This document shows positions 26,458-39,104 of a stretch of 64,000 nucleotides of DNA, piece after piece. The notes under the pieces are model-generated. The model saw only the letters and a list, made by a program, of their open reading frames with translations, was not told where the DNA came from and did no database searches. A program made the position numbers and the translations under genes. This DNA is from Raja brachyura (Eukaryota). Positions within the stretch are counted from its first letter, which is position 1, and each line of letters opens with the position of its first letter. Where the stretch lies: NCBI GenBank assembly GCA_963514005.1, contig CAUPSL010000234.1, positions 62,001-126,000 on the forward strand. The letters run 5' to 3'.

Positions 26458-27649
26458 CTGGGAACAGAGAGAACCCGAGTTAGACTGAATCTGTCCGTAA
26501 TTCTGTACTTACCCAATACATTCCAATCTTATACTGACATTAACATTGTTTACATCCTGGGGGACCTCAGTTCACCTGAAACTAAAGGCTTTTCCTTTCT
26601 GCTCATTGTAGGGATGTATGGAATAGAAATCATGCTTCTGGTGCATTTTACAGGGCGACATGGTGGCGCAGCGGTAGAATTGCTGCCTACAATGCTAGAG
26701 ACATGGGTTTGATCCCGACTATGGGTAGTGCCTGTATGGAGTTTGTACGTGACCGCGTGGGTTTTCTCCGGGTGCTCAGGTTTCCTCCCACACTCCAAAA
26801 ACATACATGTTCTCTGTATGGCGGGACTGTCATATGCTGAGAGCGACTGGGCTTGTATACTCTTGAATATAGAAGGATGAGAGGGAATCTGATCGAAACA
26901 TAAGATCATTAAGGGTTTGGACACGTTAGAGGCAGGAAACATGTTCCAGATGTTCAGGGAGTCCAGAACCAGGGGCCACAGTTTAAGAATAAGGGGTTAG
27001 CCATGTTGAACAGAGATAAGGAAACACTTTTTCACACAGAGAGTTGTGAGTCTGTGGAATTCTCTGCCTCAGAGGGCGGCGGAGACTGATTCTCTGGACA
27101 CTTTCAACAGAGAGCTAGATAGGGCTCTTAAAGATAGCAAAGTCAGGGGATATGGGGAGAAGCAGGATCGGGGTACTGATTGGGGATGATCAGCCACAAT
27201 CACATTGAATGGCAGTGCTGGCTTGAAAGGCCGAATGGCCTACTGCACCTATTGCCTATTGTTTGTAGGCTAATTGTCTTGGTTTAATTGTAAATTGTTC
27301 TTGGTATGTGCTGGGTAGTGTTAGTGTGCGGGGATTGCTAGTCGGCCCGGACTTGATGGGCCGAAGGGCGCTGTATCTCTAAACTAAACTGAACTATAGC
27401 TTCCAGTGAGTTTAAATTGGGTAGTTAATCAACAGGAACCACTGAATGCTGAGACTCTACAAAAAGTGGAACTCAGTCCTTGTCGTGGTGACTTGGGATT
27501 TTAATGATGTGGTTAATCAGCTGAGTTTAATCCTCTTTTGCTCCCTCACACTCTCTGACCATCTGTAAGTCCACCCAATATCCATTAGATATCCACTGGA
27601 ATTCAGAAAATTCAAAGGAATCTGAGAGAAACTATTACATTCTTAACCG

Positions 27650-28870
27650 GATTGATGAAGGGGAGGCAGTGGATGTATTGTGTCTAGACTTTCAGAAAGC
27701 CTTTGATAAGGTCCTGCACGGGAGACTGGTGACTAAAATTAGAGCACATGGTATTGGGTAGGATAGATGTTGACGTGGATAGAAAATTGGTTGGCAGACA
27801 GGAAGCAAAGAGCAGGAGTGAACAGGTACTTTTCAGCATGGCAGGCAGTGGCAAGTGGAGTGCCGTAAGGCTCAGTGTTGGGGCCGCAACTGTTTATCAT
27901 ATAGATTAATTATTTGGAAGAGGGAATTAAGAGCAACACTAGCAAGTTTGTGGATGATAAAGCTGGGTGGCAGTGTGAACAGTGAAGAGGATGCTAGGAG
28001 GTTGCAAGGTGTCCTGGACAGGTTGTGTGAGTGGGCAGATGCGTGGCAGATGCAGTATAATATAGATAAATCTGAGGTTATCCACTTTGGTGGCAAAAAC
28101 AAGGGGGCAGATTATTATCTCCATGGGGTTAGGTTAGGTAAGGGGATGGTATAGCGAGACCTGGGTGCCCTTGTACACCGGTTATTGCAAGCTAGCGTGC
28201 AGATACAGCAGGCAGTGAAGAAAGCTAACGGAATGTTGGCCTTCATAACAAGAGGATTTCAGTACAGGAGTAGAGAGGTTCTTTTACAGTTGTATAGGGC
28301 TCTGGTAAGACCACATCTGGAGTATTGCGCACAGTTTTGGTCTCCTAATTTGTGGAAGGACATCCTTGTGATTGAGGCAGTGCAGCATAGGTTCACGAGA
28401 TTGATCCCTGGGATGGCAGGACTGCCATTTGAGGTAAGATTGAAAATACTAGGCTTCTATTCACTGAGGCTTAGAAGGATAAGGGGGGGATCTTATAGAA
28501 AGGTATAAAATTATAAAAGGACTGGACAAGCTAGATGCAGGTAAAATGCTCCCAATGTTGGGCGAGTCGAGAACCAGGGGTCAGTCTTAGAATAAAGGGG
28601 AGGCCATTTAAGACTGAGATGAGAAAAACTCTTTCACCCAGAGAGTTGTGCATTTGTGGAATTCCCGGCCACAGAGGACAGTGGATGCTAAGTCACTGGA
28701 TGGATTTAAGAGAGAGTTAGATAGAGCTCTATAAGCTAGTGGAATCAAGTGATATGGGGAGAAGGCACATACAGGTTATTGATTGGGGACGATCAGCCTT
28801 GATTACATTGAATGGTGGTGCTGGCTCAGAGGGCCGAATGGCCTCCTGTACCTATTTTCTATGTTTCTAT
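27650..28870 (+). mobile_element. CR1 LINE RT fragment (C5-C6 intron)
   Basis: LDFQKAFDKV...RPHLEY motifs with frameshifts. Confidence 0.9.
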
Positions 28871-29263
28871 GAACAGGTGAGGCAGAGGAAGAATGTTTCA
28901 GATATTGGGGAATCCAGGCCAGGAGATGACAGTCTGGGGTAATGGTGTGTAGGTGTGTGAGGGGGAGAAATGTCTTCACCCAGACAGTGGTGAACCTGGG
29001 CATTCTCTGCCACAGACAGCACTGACGCCCATTTATTAGATATATGCAAGAATGAGTTGGATCCAGTTCTTAGGGTAAAGGGATCAAGGGATATGGGGAG
29101 AATGCAGGAAGTACTGAATATGGATGATCAGCCGTGCTCATATTGAATGTCTGTGCAGGATTGAAGGGCCGAATGGCCTGCGCCTGCAATTATTTTCTAT
29201 GCTGGATGTGATGTCTGTCCATTTGCTCAGATCAGACTCGCACCGACCTCTGTCAACACGTAC

Positions 29264-29584
29264 CTGTCGGCTTCTCCAAGGATCTGCTCTCCGGTGTTGG
29301 CAAACTCTTGTCCTCCACAACACAGGTGTACAGAGCCCCACTGTCCCACTCTGCAGCGGGGACCGTCAGTCCGCTGGTGATGGTGTCTGTACCTCCGATC
29401 CTCTCTGCACCACGTGTTGTCACCCCGTCTTCTCTCTTCATTCCATTCACTTGCCAGGTTACCCTGAATCCCTCTAAATCACCGTGAACCACCTTACACA
29501 GAATGGTGGCTGTCTTGTTGATCCAGATCTCTTCGAAGGAAGGTTTGCTTAAAGTGACCGAGGGGCGGGTAACTGAACATTCAT
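29264..29584 (-). CDS. IgW: Constant exon C5
   Basis: TCCCAG|AT...ACAG|GTACG, 321 bp. Protein: DECSVTRPSVTLSKPSFEEIWINKTATILC...VTW...YTCVV. Confidence 0.92.
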
Positions 29585-30450
29585 CTGGGAGAAATCACAA
29601 TTATTATGTCATCGTTCCCTGATGGAGCAGCTTGCCACTGAAGTATTTTGTGCTCATCTCCACCGAATGATATGCCAGTCCCATCAACATCAGGGAGATT
29701 TATCTACATTGGTGTAGGAATGAAGCTTCCTATTGATCCCACAAGGAAACCTTGCTAAACAATGTGAATTAACACGTTGACTTTTACATTAATTGACAGT
29801 TTTGTGATCACTGAACCTGTTACCAGCTATTTACTGAATCAAATGTATAAAATTTCCATTGAGAGGCAAATCAAGCTAATATTTGAGGTACGGGAACTGT
29901 TCTGCTCACAGCCGCAAATCACTACAGAGAGTGGTGAAGGCGGCACAGCACATCACTGGCAACTGTCTCCTGGCCATTCAGGACATTTTCCAGTGGCGGT
30001 GCCTGCGGAAGGCACACAGCATCATCAAGGACCACAGCCACCCAGCACACAGACTGTTCTCCTTGTTACCGTCAGGCAGACGATACAGGAGCATGGCTGC
30101 GAGTTCCACCAGACTTAAGAACGGTTTTTACCATCAGGCCATCAGGCTAAATACTATATTATTATTTGTTATTTGCACTACATTTGTTATGTATTGAACT
30201 TTTTTTCATTTCCCCCGTTATGCACTATGTTTACATATTCACATATTCTGTTGTGCTGCAGCAAGTAAGAATTTCCTTGTCCCGTCCAGGACATATGACA
30301 ATGAAACACTCTTGACTCTAGTCTAGGCCTCTTGGTCATCACTCACTCACTCACACACTGCAACACCTGTCCTTCAGTGCTAAACTTGCCTGGCTCTAAT
30401 TTGTGATGGGGTAAAAGATGTGATCATTAGAGTGAATCGCAGCACCGTAC

Positions 30451-30768
30451 CTTGAAAGCTTTTCACTTCCCGGCTGATACTGGTGTTCGAGGGGGGATGA
30501 GACACTGTACAGACGAAGACTGAGCCTTTCTTCCAATCCTCTGAACTCACAGTCAGGAAGTGACTGGCACTGAAAGTCCCCCCCTGCTCCAGAGAAGTTG
30601 GTGTAGCGCTGATGGTGGAGGAGATCGGGGCTCCGTCTTTCTCCCAAGTGACGGTTATGAGGTCCGGGTAGAAACTAGAGAGCACACACTCGAGGGTGGT
30701 TGTGTTGCTCTGCTTGGTCTCTTCATGAGCTGGAGGCAGCAGTCTGACCTTGGGTCTTTTTGTTTCAA
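30451..30768 (-). CDS. IgW: Constant exon C4c
   Basis: AG/GT intact, 318 bp, open frame. Confidence 0.88.
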
Positions 30769-31187
30769 CTGGAACAGAGGAGCAAAGTAGATGTGAGACC
30801 CTCTTCCTCAAGGGCCTGTCCCACTTATGCGAACTTTTCGTCGACTGCTGGCACCCGTCATAGGTCGCCGAAAATGTTAAACATGTTGAAATACCAGCGG
30901 CGACCAGAACAAGGTGCGACTCTTTGGGCGACTATTCACGACCATATAGGCTTCACCCCGCGACATGTCGCCAGGGTGTCGCCTGTATGTTCGTGAGTAG
31001 TCTCCTCAGTCGCCCAAAGAGTAGTAGCGTCTTCCTGGTCACCGCTGGATTTTCAATATGTTGACAATTTTCAGCCACCTGTAACGACCTATGACAGGTC
31101 CCAGCAGTTGCCAAAAAAGTCACGTAAGTGCGATAGGCCCATCATGGCAACTAATGTTGGCCATATCATTACCAATCTCTCGCCCAC

Positions 31188-31490
31188 CTTTGGCACTTTC
31201 TGTCCGTGCTGACACTGGTGAGGATGATGGAGATCGTTGGGCAGAGCACACAACCTCCACCCCGCTGGTCCATTCCTCCACACTGCTCCGGAGTTTACTG
31301 CTCACTCTGTCTTGGGTCCTTTCTCCTCTCGGTTGGTGGGTCACAGCCCCTGTAGTTCTCTCCCTTCCGCTCACTTGCCAGTAGATTTGGACCTGGCTCA
31401 GATCAGCACCCATTACCACGCACACTACAGTAGCGGTCTTGTTGATCCAAATCTCTTCAGTGGTGGGGTTTTGGATAAAGACAGACAATT
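31188..31490 (-). CDS. IgW: Constant exon C3c
   Basis: AG/GT intact, 303 bp, open frame. Confidence 0.88.
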
Positions 31491-32503
31491 CTGCAGATGA
31501 GAAATAGGAAGCTTACAAACCGGACCAGGTCTGGTGTTGTCGTCACCGTTCAACTGGACTCTGACGACTTGTATTTATTTTCCAGACTCACTTTACTAAC
31601 GTGTGCACAAAGAACAACCTCTCTCTCTCAATGTCAGCAAAACTAAAGAGATGATCGTGGACTACAGGAGACAGCAGAGGAGTGGACACCTCCCATCCAC
31701 ATCGGTGATGCTGAGGTTGAAAGGGTCAGCAGCTTCAAGTTCCTCAGTGTGCACATCACTGAGGACCTCACCTGGGCACTGCACACGGACACAATAACAA
31801 AGAAAGCCCGCCAGCGGCTCTTTTTCCTGAGAAGACTGAGCAAGTTTGGCATGAACGCCAGCATCCTCACAAACTTCTACAAATGCACCATCGAGAGCCT
31901 GCTGACGGGCTGCATCACAGTCTGGTACGGGAACTGTTATGCTCACAGCCGCAAATCACTACAGAGAGTGGTGAAGGCGGCACAGCACATCATTGGCAAC
32001 TGTCTCCTGGCCATTCAGGACATTTTCCACTGGCGGTGCCTGCGGAAGGCACACAGCATCATCAAGGACCACAGCCACCCAGCACACAGACTGTTCTCCT
32101 TGTTACCATCAAGCAGACTATACAGGAGCATGGCTGCAAGTACCACCAGACTTAAGAACAGTTTTTAGCATCAGGCCATTAAGCTAAATACTATATTATT
32201 ATTTGTTATTTGCCCTACATTTGTTATTTATTGAACTTTTTCATTTTATCCCTTCCCCCGTTATGCACTATGTTTACATATTCACATATTCTGTTGTGTT
32301 GCAGCAAGTAACAATTTCTTTGTCCCGTCCGGGACATATGACAATAAAACACTCTTGACTGTTCTTGACTCTAGTCTGGACCGCTTGGTCATCACTCACT
32401 CACTCACACACTGTAACACCTGTCCTTCACTGCTAAACGTGCCTGGCCCTATTTTGTGACGGGGTAAAAGATGTGATCATTAGAGTGAATCCCAGCACCG
32501 TAC

Positions 32504-32821
32504 CTTGAAAGCTTTTCACTTCCCGGCTGATACTGGTGTTCGAGGGGGGATGAGACACTGTACAGCCAAAGACTGAGCCTTTCTTCCAATCCTCTGAGCT
32601 CACAGTCAGGAAGTGGCTGGCACTGAAAGTCCCCCCCTGCTCCAGAGCAGTCGGTGTAGCGCTGGTGGTGGAGGAGATCGGGGCTCCATCTTTCTCCCAA
32701 GTGACGTTTATGAGGTCCGGGTAGAAACCAGAGAGCACACACTCGAGGGTGGCTGTGTTGCTATGCTTGGTCTCTTCATGAGCTGGAGGCAGCAGTCTGA
32801 CCTTGGGACTTTTTGTTTCAA
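32504..32821 (-). CDS. IgW: Constant exon C4b (duplicate type)
   Basis: TTCTAG|TT...CAAG|GTACG, 318 bp, open frame. Confidence 0.88.
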
Positions 32822-33250
32822 CTAGAACAGAGGAGTAAAGTAGATGTGAGACCCTCTTCCTCAAGGGTCTGTCCCACTTACGTGACTTTTTCGGTGACTG
32901 CCGGCACCCGTCATAAGTCATTACAGGTCGTCCAAAATGTTCAACATGTTGAAAATCCAGCGGCGACCAGAACAAGGTACGACTCTTTGGGCGACTACTC
33001 ACGACCATGCAGGCTTCACTCCATGACATGTCGACAGGGTGTCGCCTGTATGTTCGTGAGTAGTCTCCTCAGTCGCCCAAAGAGTCGTAGCATCTTCCAG
33101 GTCACCGCTGGATTTTCAACATGTTGACAATTTTCAGCCACCTGTAACTACCTATGACGGCTCCTAGCAGTCGCCAAAAAAGTTGCGTAAGTGGGACAGG
33201 CCCATCATGGTAACTAATGTTGGCCATATCATTGCCGATCTCTCGCCCAC

Positions 33251-33553
33251 CTTTGGCACTTTCTGTCCGTGCTGACACTGGTGAGGATGATGGAGATCGT
33301 TGGGCAGAGCACACAACCTCCACCCCGCTGGTCCATTCCTCCACACTGCTCCGGAGTTTACTGCTCACTCTGTCTTGGGTCCTTTCTCCTCTCGGTTGGT
33401 GGGTCACAGCCCCTGTAGTTCTCTCCCTTCCGCTCATTTGCCAGTAGATTTGGACCTGGCTCAGATCAGCACCCATTACCACGCACACCACAGTAGCGGT
33501 CTTGTTGATCCAAATCTCTTCAGTGGAGGGGTTTTGGATAAAGACAGACAATT
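33251..33553 (-). CDS. IgW: Constant exon C3b (duplicate type)
   Basis: CTGCAG|AA...AAAG|GTGGG, 303 bp, open frame. Confidence 0.88.
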
Positions 33554-33786
33554 CTGCAGATGAGAAATAGGAAGCTTACAAACCAGACAAGGTCTGGTGT
33601 TGTCGTCACCGATCAACTGAACTCTGACGACTTGCATTCATTTTTCAGACTCCCTTTATTGACGTGTGCACAAGGAGAGCAGCACAGTCCCAGTTACCTG
33701 CTGCTCTGAAATGCCACTCAGCATTGATACAGAATTTGACCCTTGAAATTATGCATACTCTACTTTCTTATAATCGAACACAATAC

Positions 33787-34337
33787 ATAGATAAATGTGA
33801 GGTTATCCACTTTGGTGGCAAAAACAAGGGGGCAGATTATTTTCTCCATGGCGTTAGGTTAGGTAAGGGGGAGGTACAGCGGGACCTGGGTGTCCTTGTA
33901 CACCGATCACTGAAAGCTAGCATGCAGATACAGCAGGCAGTGAAGAAAGCTAACGGAATGTTGGCCTTCATAACAAAAGGATTTCAGTACAGGAGTAGAG
34001 AGGTTCTTCTGCAGTTGTATAGGGCTCCGGTAAGACCACATCTGGAGTATTGCGTACAGTTTTGGTCTCCTAATTTGTGGAAGGACATCCTTGTGATTGA
34101 GGCAGTGCAGCATAGGTTCACGAGATTGATCCCTGGGATGGCGGGACTGCCATTTGAGGAAAGATTGAAAAGACTAGGCTTGTATTCACTGGAGTTTAGA
34201 AGGATGAGGGGGGATCTTATAGAAACATATAAAATTATACAAGGACTGGACAAGCTAGATGCAGGAAAAATGTTCCCAATGTTGGGCGAGTCCAGAACCA
34301 GGGGTCAGTCTTAGAATAAAGGAGAGGCCATTTAAGA
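33787..34337 (+). mobile_element. CR1 fragment, paralogous copy of 28062-28613
   Basis: Shares private variants with the 28-kb copy (CTCCATGG, GCAGATACAG, TTGTGGAAGG, CAGCATAGG, CCAGGGGTCAGTC deletion). Confidence 0.8.
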
Positions 34338-35214
34338 GAAGGATATTGGTGTAGGAATGAAGCTTCCTATTGATCCCACAAGGAAACCTTGCTAAACAAT
34401 GTGAATTAACACGTTGACTTTTACATTAATTGACAGTTTTGTGATCACTGCACCTGTTACCAGCTATTTACTGAATCAAATGTACAAAACTCCCTCTGAG
34501 ATGCAAATCAAGCTAATGTTTGAGGTAAAAATGTTCAGTTCAGTTTAGTTTATTGTCACGTGTACCGAGGTACAGTGAAAAACTTTCGTTGCGTGCTAAC
34601 CAGTCAGTGGAAAGTTCTTCACTTTATATTATAAAATAGCAGCAGTATTGTTTTATTTAGTCGCGGTGAGTGGTCCGGAGTACGATGAAGAAAGGTCTCG
34701 ACCCGAAACCTCACTTCCCCATGTCCTCCAGAGATGCTGCCTGACCTGCTGAGTTACTCCAGCACTTTGTGTCCCTTCATTTAGTCACAACTGTTTAAAA
34801 GCAGATTGTATCCATGAGGTGTAATTAAACTCTCCTGCTGCTTTGTCACAATGTCGTGTGTTGCAGCCGGCCTGTTCCAGAGGCTGCTACACATTGCCCA
34901 GACTGACTGTTGCCACGCTGGGGCAGGGAGAGAGCTGCTCTGCTGGACACTCTGTCACAGCTGAGGCACCCGCTGGCATTAAGTACAAAGGCAGAGGGAA
35001 AGACCGTTTTGAAGAAGAGTATCGTGGATCTCCACCGTTTGGCCTGTCGACTGGCTTGGATTGCCCTCAAGTTACTAAAGCAATGTCAAAGATACAATTA
35101 TGTCTGTGGCCAGACTCACTTACAAGCCCACAACAGGACTGCACCGTGTTACAGTGCTGCCCATGTGTGGCACAGTTTACAATGTGGAGAATGGAATGAA
35201 TCCCAGGAGCCTAC

Positions 35215-35532
35215 CTTGGATGTTCTTCGCATCCTTCGTGATGATGGTGTTGGAGGCACGATGATGCACTGTACAATTGAAGCGTGAGCCAGACTTCCAA
35301 TCCTCGGTACTCATGGTCAGGAAGTGGCTGGCACTGAAAGTGCCCCCCTGCTCCAGAGCAGTTGGTGCAGCGCTGGTGTTGTTGAAGATCAGGGCACCGT
35401 CTCTACTCCAAGTGACGTTGATGAGGTCTGGGTAGAATCCAGAGACCACACACTCCAGGGTGACCTTGTGGCTACGCTTGGTCTCTTCGTGTGCTGGAAG
35501 CAGCAGTCTGACTTCAGGTTTTTTTGGCTCAA
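35215..35532 (-). CDS. IgW: Constant exon C4a
   Basis: TTCCAG|TT...CAAG|GTAGG, 318 bp. Protein: LECVVSGFYPDLINVTW...FNCTVHH. Confidence 0.92.
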
Positions 35533-36081
35533 CTGGAACAGAGGAAAATAAATGTTAAACTCTCTCAAAGAGTCATAGAGTGATACAGTGTGGAAACTGG
35601 CCCTTCAGCCCAACTTGTCCACCCCGGCCAACATGTCCCAGCTACATTAGTCTCACCTGCCGTGTCTGGTCCACATCCCTCCAAACCTGTCCCTCTCTGT
35701 TTTTTTAATGTTAAGATCGTCCCTGCCTCAACTACCTCCTCTGGCAACTTGTTTCATACATCCACCACCCTTTGCGTGAAAAAGTTACCCCTCAGATTCC
35801 TATTAAATCTTTCTCCCTTCACCTTAAACCTATGTCCTCTGGTACTCAATTCACTTACTCTGGGCAAGAGACTCAGTTCATCTATCCAATCTATTTCTCT
35901 CATGATCTTATACACCTCAATAAGATATTCCCTCATCCTCCTACATTCCAAGGAATAGAGTCCCAGCCACTCAACCTCTCCCTACAGCTCTCTAGCCCTG
36001 GCAACATTCTTGTAAATCCTCTCTGTATCCTCTCTCTCTCTCTCTCTGTCACGGCCATTTAATCACTGATCTGTTGCCCAC

Positions 36082-36384
36082 CTTTTTTATAGTTGGTCCG
36101 CGCTGACATTGGTGAGGATGATGAAGATCGTTGGGCGAAGCACACAAACTCCACCCCGCTGGTCCACTCCTCCACGCTGGTCCGCAGTTCACTGGTCACT
36201 GGGTTTCGGGTGCCTTCATGGCTCGGTCTACGTGTCACAACTCCTTTACTTCTCTCCTTCCCTCCCACCTTCCAGGTGAAATGTACCTGGCTCGGATCAC
36301 TACAGAACACTGAACACACCAGCGTAGCGGTCTTGTTGATCCAAATCTCTTCCATGCCAGGATTTTGAATGAAGATGGACAATA
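36082..36384 (-). CDS. IgW: Constant exon C3a
   Basis: CCACAG|TA...AAAG|GTGGG, 303 bp. Protein: EEIWINKTATLVC...FTW...FVC. Confidence 0.92.
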
Positions 36385-38747
36385 CTGTGGATCAGAAATG
36401 GAAAAGTTCAGAATTTTAGTTGAGACTCATCTGTTACTAAAGGGCCTGTCACACTTAGGCGACTTTTTCGGCGACTGCCGGCACCCGTCATAGGTCGTTG
36501 CAGGTCGCCGAAAATATTAAACATGTTGAAAATCCAGCGGTGACCAGAACAAGGTACAACTCTTTGGGCGACAACTCACGACCATATAGGCTTCACCCCG
36601 CGATATGTCGTCAGGGTGTCACCTGTATGGTCGTGAGTAGCCTCCTCAGTCACCCATAGAGTCGTAGCGTCTTTCTGGTCACCGCTGAATTTTCAACATG
36701 TTGAACATTTTCAGCGACCTGCTGCGACTATGACAGGTGCTGGCAGTCGCCGTAAAAGATCGCGCAAGTGGCTCAGGCTCTTTATGGAAAGCCAGGGCAG
36801 AAATCCAAAAAGGTGTCTTATAAAAGAACTTTAAGATGTTTATGTCATCACATAAAAGACTGGTCAATGCCAGATCAAACTATACACTGACTAGATTTAT
36901 TGCAAACAGAATATTAGAAAAACTCGTGTTCAATAGCAGGTTGGGTGTTTTGACTGAAAAAACAGAACAAAGGAGCCGTCAACTGGGATTTGACTCTCTT
37001 TCCCATCACCATGATTAGCTGGTACATTACAGGGGCACAATTTGATATGTGTTTTGCTTGGAACCCCTGCAGCATCGTTTAGTAATACTGAGCAACATGA
37101 ATGAGAAAAGCAACGTTTCTCCCTGTACGCCAAGCCTGGGATTCCCTCAGGTTAAGAATGTCACATACTGATATCGCAGCCTTACTCTGACCATGTGTCT
37201 CACTATCTCTGAAACCATCACCACAAACACAACCTTCAGTAAAGGTGTAATTCTTCCAACTCTGGGCACTCATAAGCCTGCACTCCTTTCACCTTTGTAC
37301 CACTTGCTGTGTCACGTTGCAGTGTTGTTCACAAGCACCTAAACTCACTCAGCCACAGACTAGTGTCAGTTTAGTGTGACTGTGCCCTAGTGAAGACGTT
37401 GAGGCATTTCAGTAATTGATAGAAACTATCTGAAATAAATTAGGGGCTGACTCTCCAGCGACAGCAGAGCAAATCATAAATGGTTAGAAGTATCAAGGTC
37501 CCCCTCCTGCTGCAGATTAGGATGAAATTCTACATTAGATGTATTTTCCCGTTTCACTTCAGAATCATTGGGCGAGGAAGAGAATGATTTATTCATTCAT
37601 TGCCCCTGGCTGACCTGCACTTGTCTTCTGAAGCAGCATCATGAGTCTAGCTGCACTCAGCTCACTCTCGTGTGTGCACTGTTTACACACTCAGTCACTT
37701 GGACCACATGAGCTGATTTTGGTCTCAAACACTTATTGTGGAGGGTGATTACGTTTGTGTCAGAATTGAAACTTTCAGCGAGCCTGGAGATCAAAGCCTT
37801 CAGCTGCGTAGAACGCAGAGGTCATACACTGTGTCTGTCTGACAGGAGACATAACACTTGTCAATGTAAGATGTTGTCTATTTCACAACCCCTCCTTCTT
37901 TAAGCAAAATGGCGAGCAAATTACTTTCAAAAAAAGTTATGTGCGTGGTATTAGTGTCGATGACAGATGTTGCAGTGTCATCAGAAATATGTCAGCCTAG
38001 TCTAACAGTGTACAATGTTTCTGCTTTGTGAATCTTGTTTTAATCAGCAACGTGATATCGTTAAACATGTGTGTTTGCAAGATGCTCAATCCCGTCCCAT
38101 ATCAGTGACAGTCGTGTAGTTCCACCATCGCGGTGTCAGGGGGGAAATCGCCTCATATGAAACCTGGCAGAGTGTGGATACTCTCCATGCTGTAACATAC
38201 TGGTATCTTCGACAAGAGACATTTTGTCCTGCTCATCCTTGGATGATTATAACCAAACACATCCATTCCTTGCAACATTCCTTGCATTCCCTGAGTTTCT
38301 CCTTTGGGCTGAGGTGGCATTATTAAATCTGTGGCAATTTGTGCTAACCATGGTTTTCACCCAAAGCCGGTATAGGACAGGAGACCGGTTAGAGCCCTGG
38401 GTCTTGCCTCACCAGGTTGTCTTTATCATAGGGTCACCCAATTTGTTACTGAGCCACTTTGACATTTCACACCGTTCACCTTAAACATCTCCTGCCTTGC
38501 GATCTCTGGGTGGTCATTGCTGACTAGAGTCTGAGCAAGGATAAATCTGGCCAGTGGCACTTGGATGTGAAGCAGCAATGTCTGCAAATGAATGAATATA
38601 CAGGCAACGAGTGGAGGGGAGAGGGAGGCAGCTTTTGGCTATTTTCCTCCACTCTGGTACACTTTGATCCCAATGGATACCAGGGATTGGATTTGAATCT
38701 TATAAATGGTTTGTAATAATAGAATGACAAATTCCATACGCAGCCAA

Positions 38748-38875
38748 TTACTTTATTTCACACTTTCCTGCCCAACAATGATACTGCTGGGTAGAACCAT
38801 CTGAGAATGTCACATTGAGATTATTCTGGTAGAAGAACTTCGGCAGACACTTCGAACAGCCGGGACATTCTCCAT
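38748..38875 (-). CDS. IgW: Cys-rich secretory tail exon of short (2-C-domain) IgW/IgX
   Basis: TTCCAG|AT acceptor in phase with C2. Protein: DGECPGCSKCLPKFFYQNNLNVTFSDGSTQQYHCWAGKCEIK* (42 aa, 5 Cys). Confidence 0.88.
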
Positions 38876-39104
38876 CTGGAAATGGAAGATTCATTGATTT
38901 AAATGTTAAGAGATTTTCACCTCCTGTGTTGAGGAAACAGGAGATCCACATATTCCCAGTCTGTGTCCTCAGTATTTATCAGCATGAGATTATGCCGACC
39001 ACGATAAACTGCTTCACTTTGTCCAGGATCAGATAACACTTTAAAGAGGGTGGAGATGAGTTCAAAAATTATCCAGGGCACCGACATTTCAATGAAAGGG
39101 CAAT

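Larger units (their letters stand above)
29887..33788 (-). repeat. Two further ~2-kb units of the same family
   Basis: C3 exon starts at 31490 and 33553, with the same MITE and Rex1 fragment. Confidence 0.95.

Noticed and set aside
16790-33551. ORF-track proteins extending beyond the C exons (e.g. MSWGEACMVV..., ...GGREIGNDM)
   Set aside because: The extensions run through splice sites into intron and MITE sequence and are not real termini.
34501-34508. Perfect octamer ATGCAAAT in the C4a-C3b intron
   Set aside because: One or two hits are expected by chance in 64 kb, and the paralogous copy at ~29864 reads AGGCAAAT.
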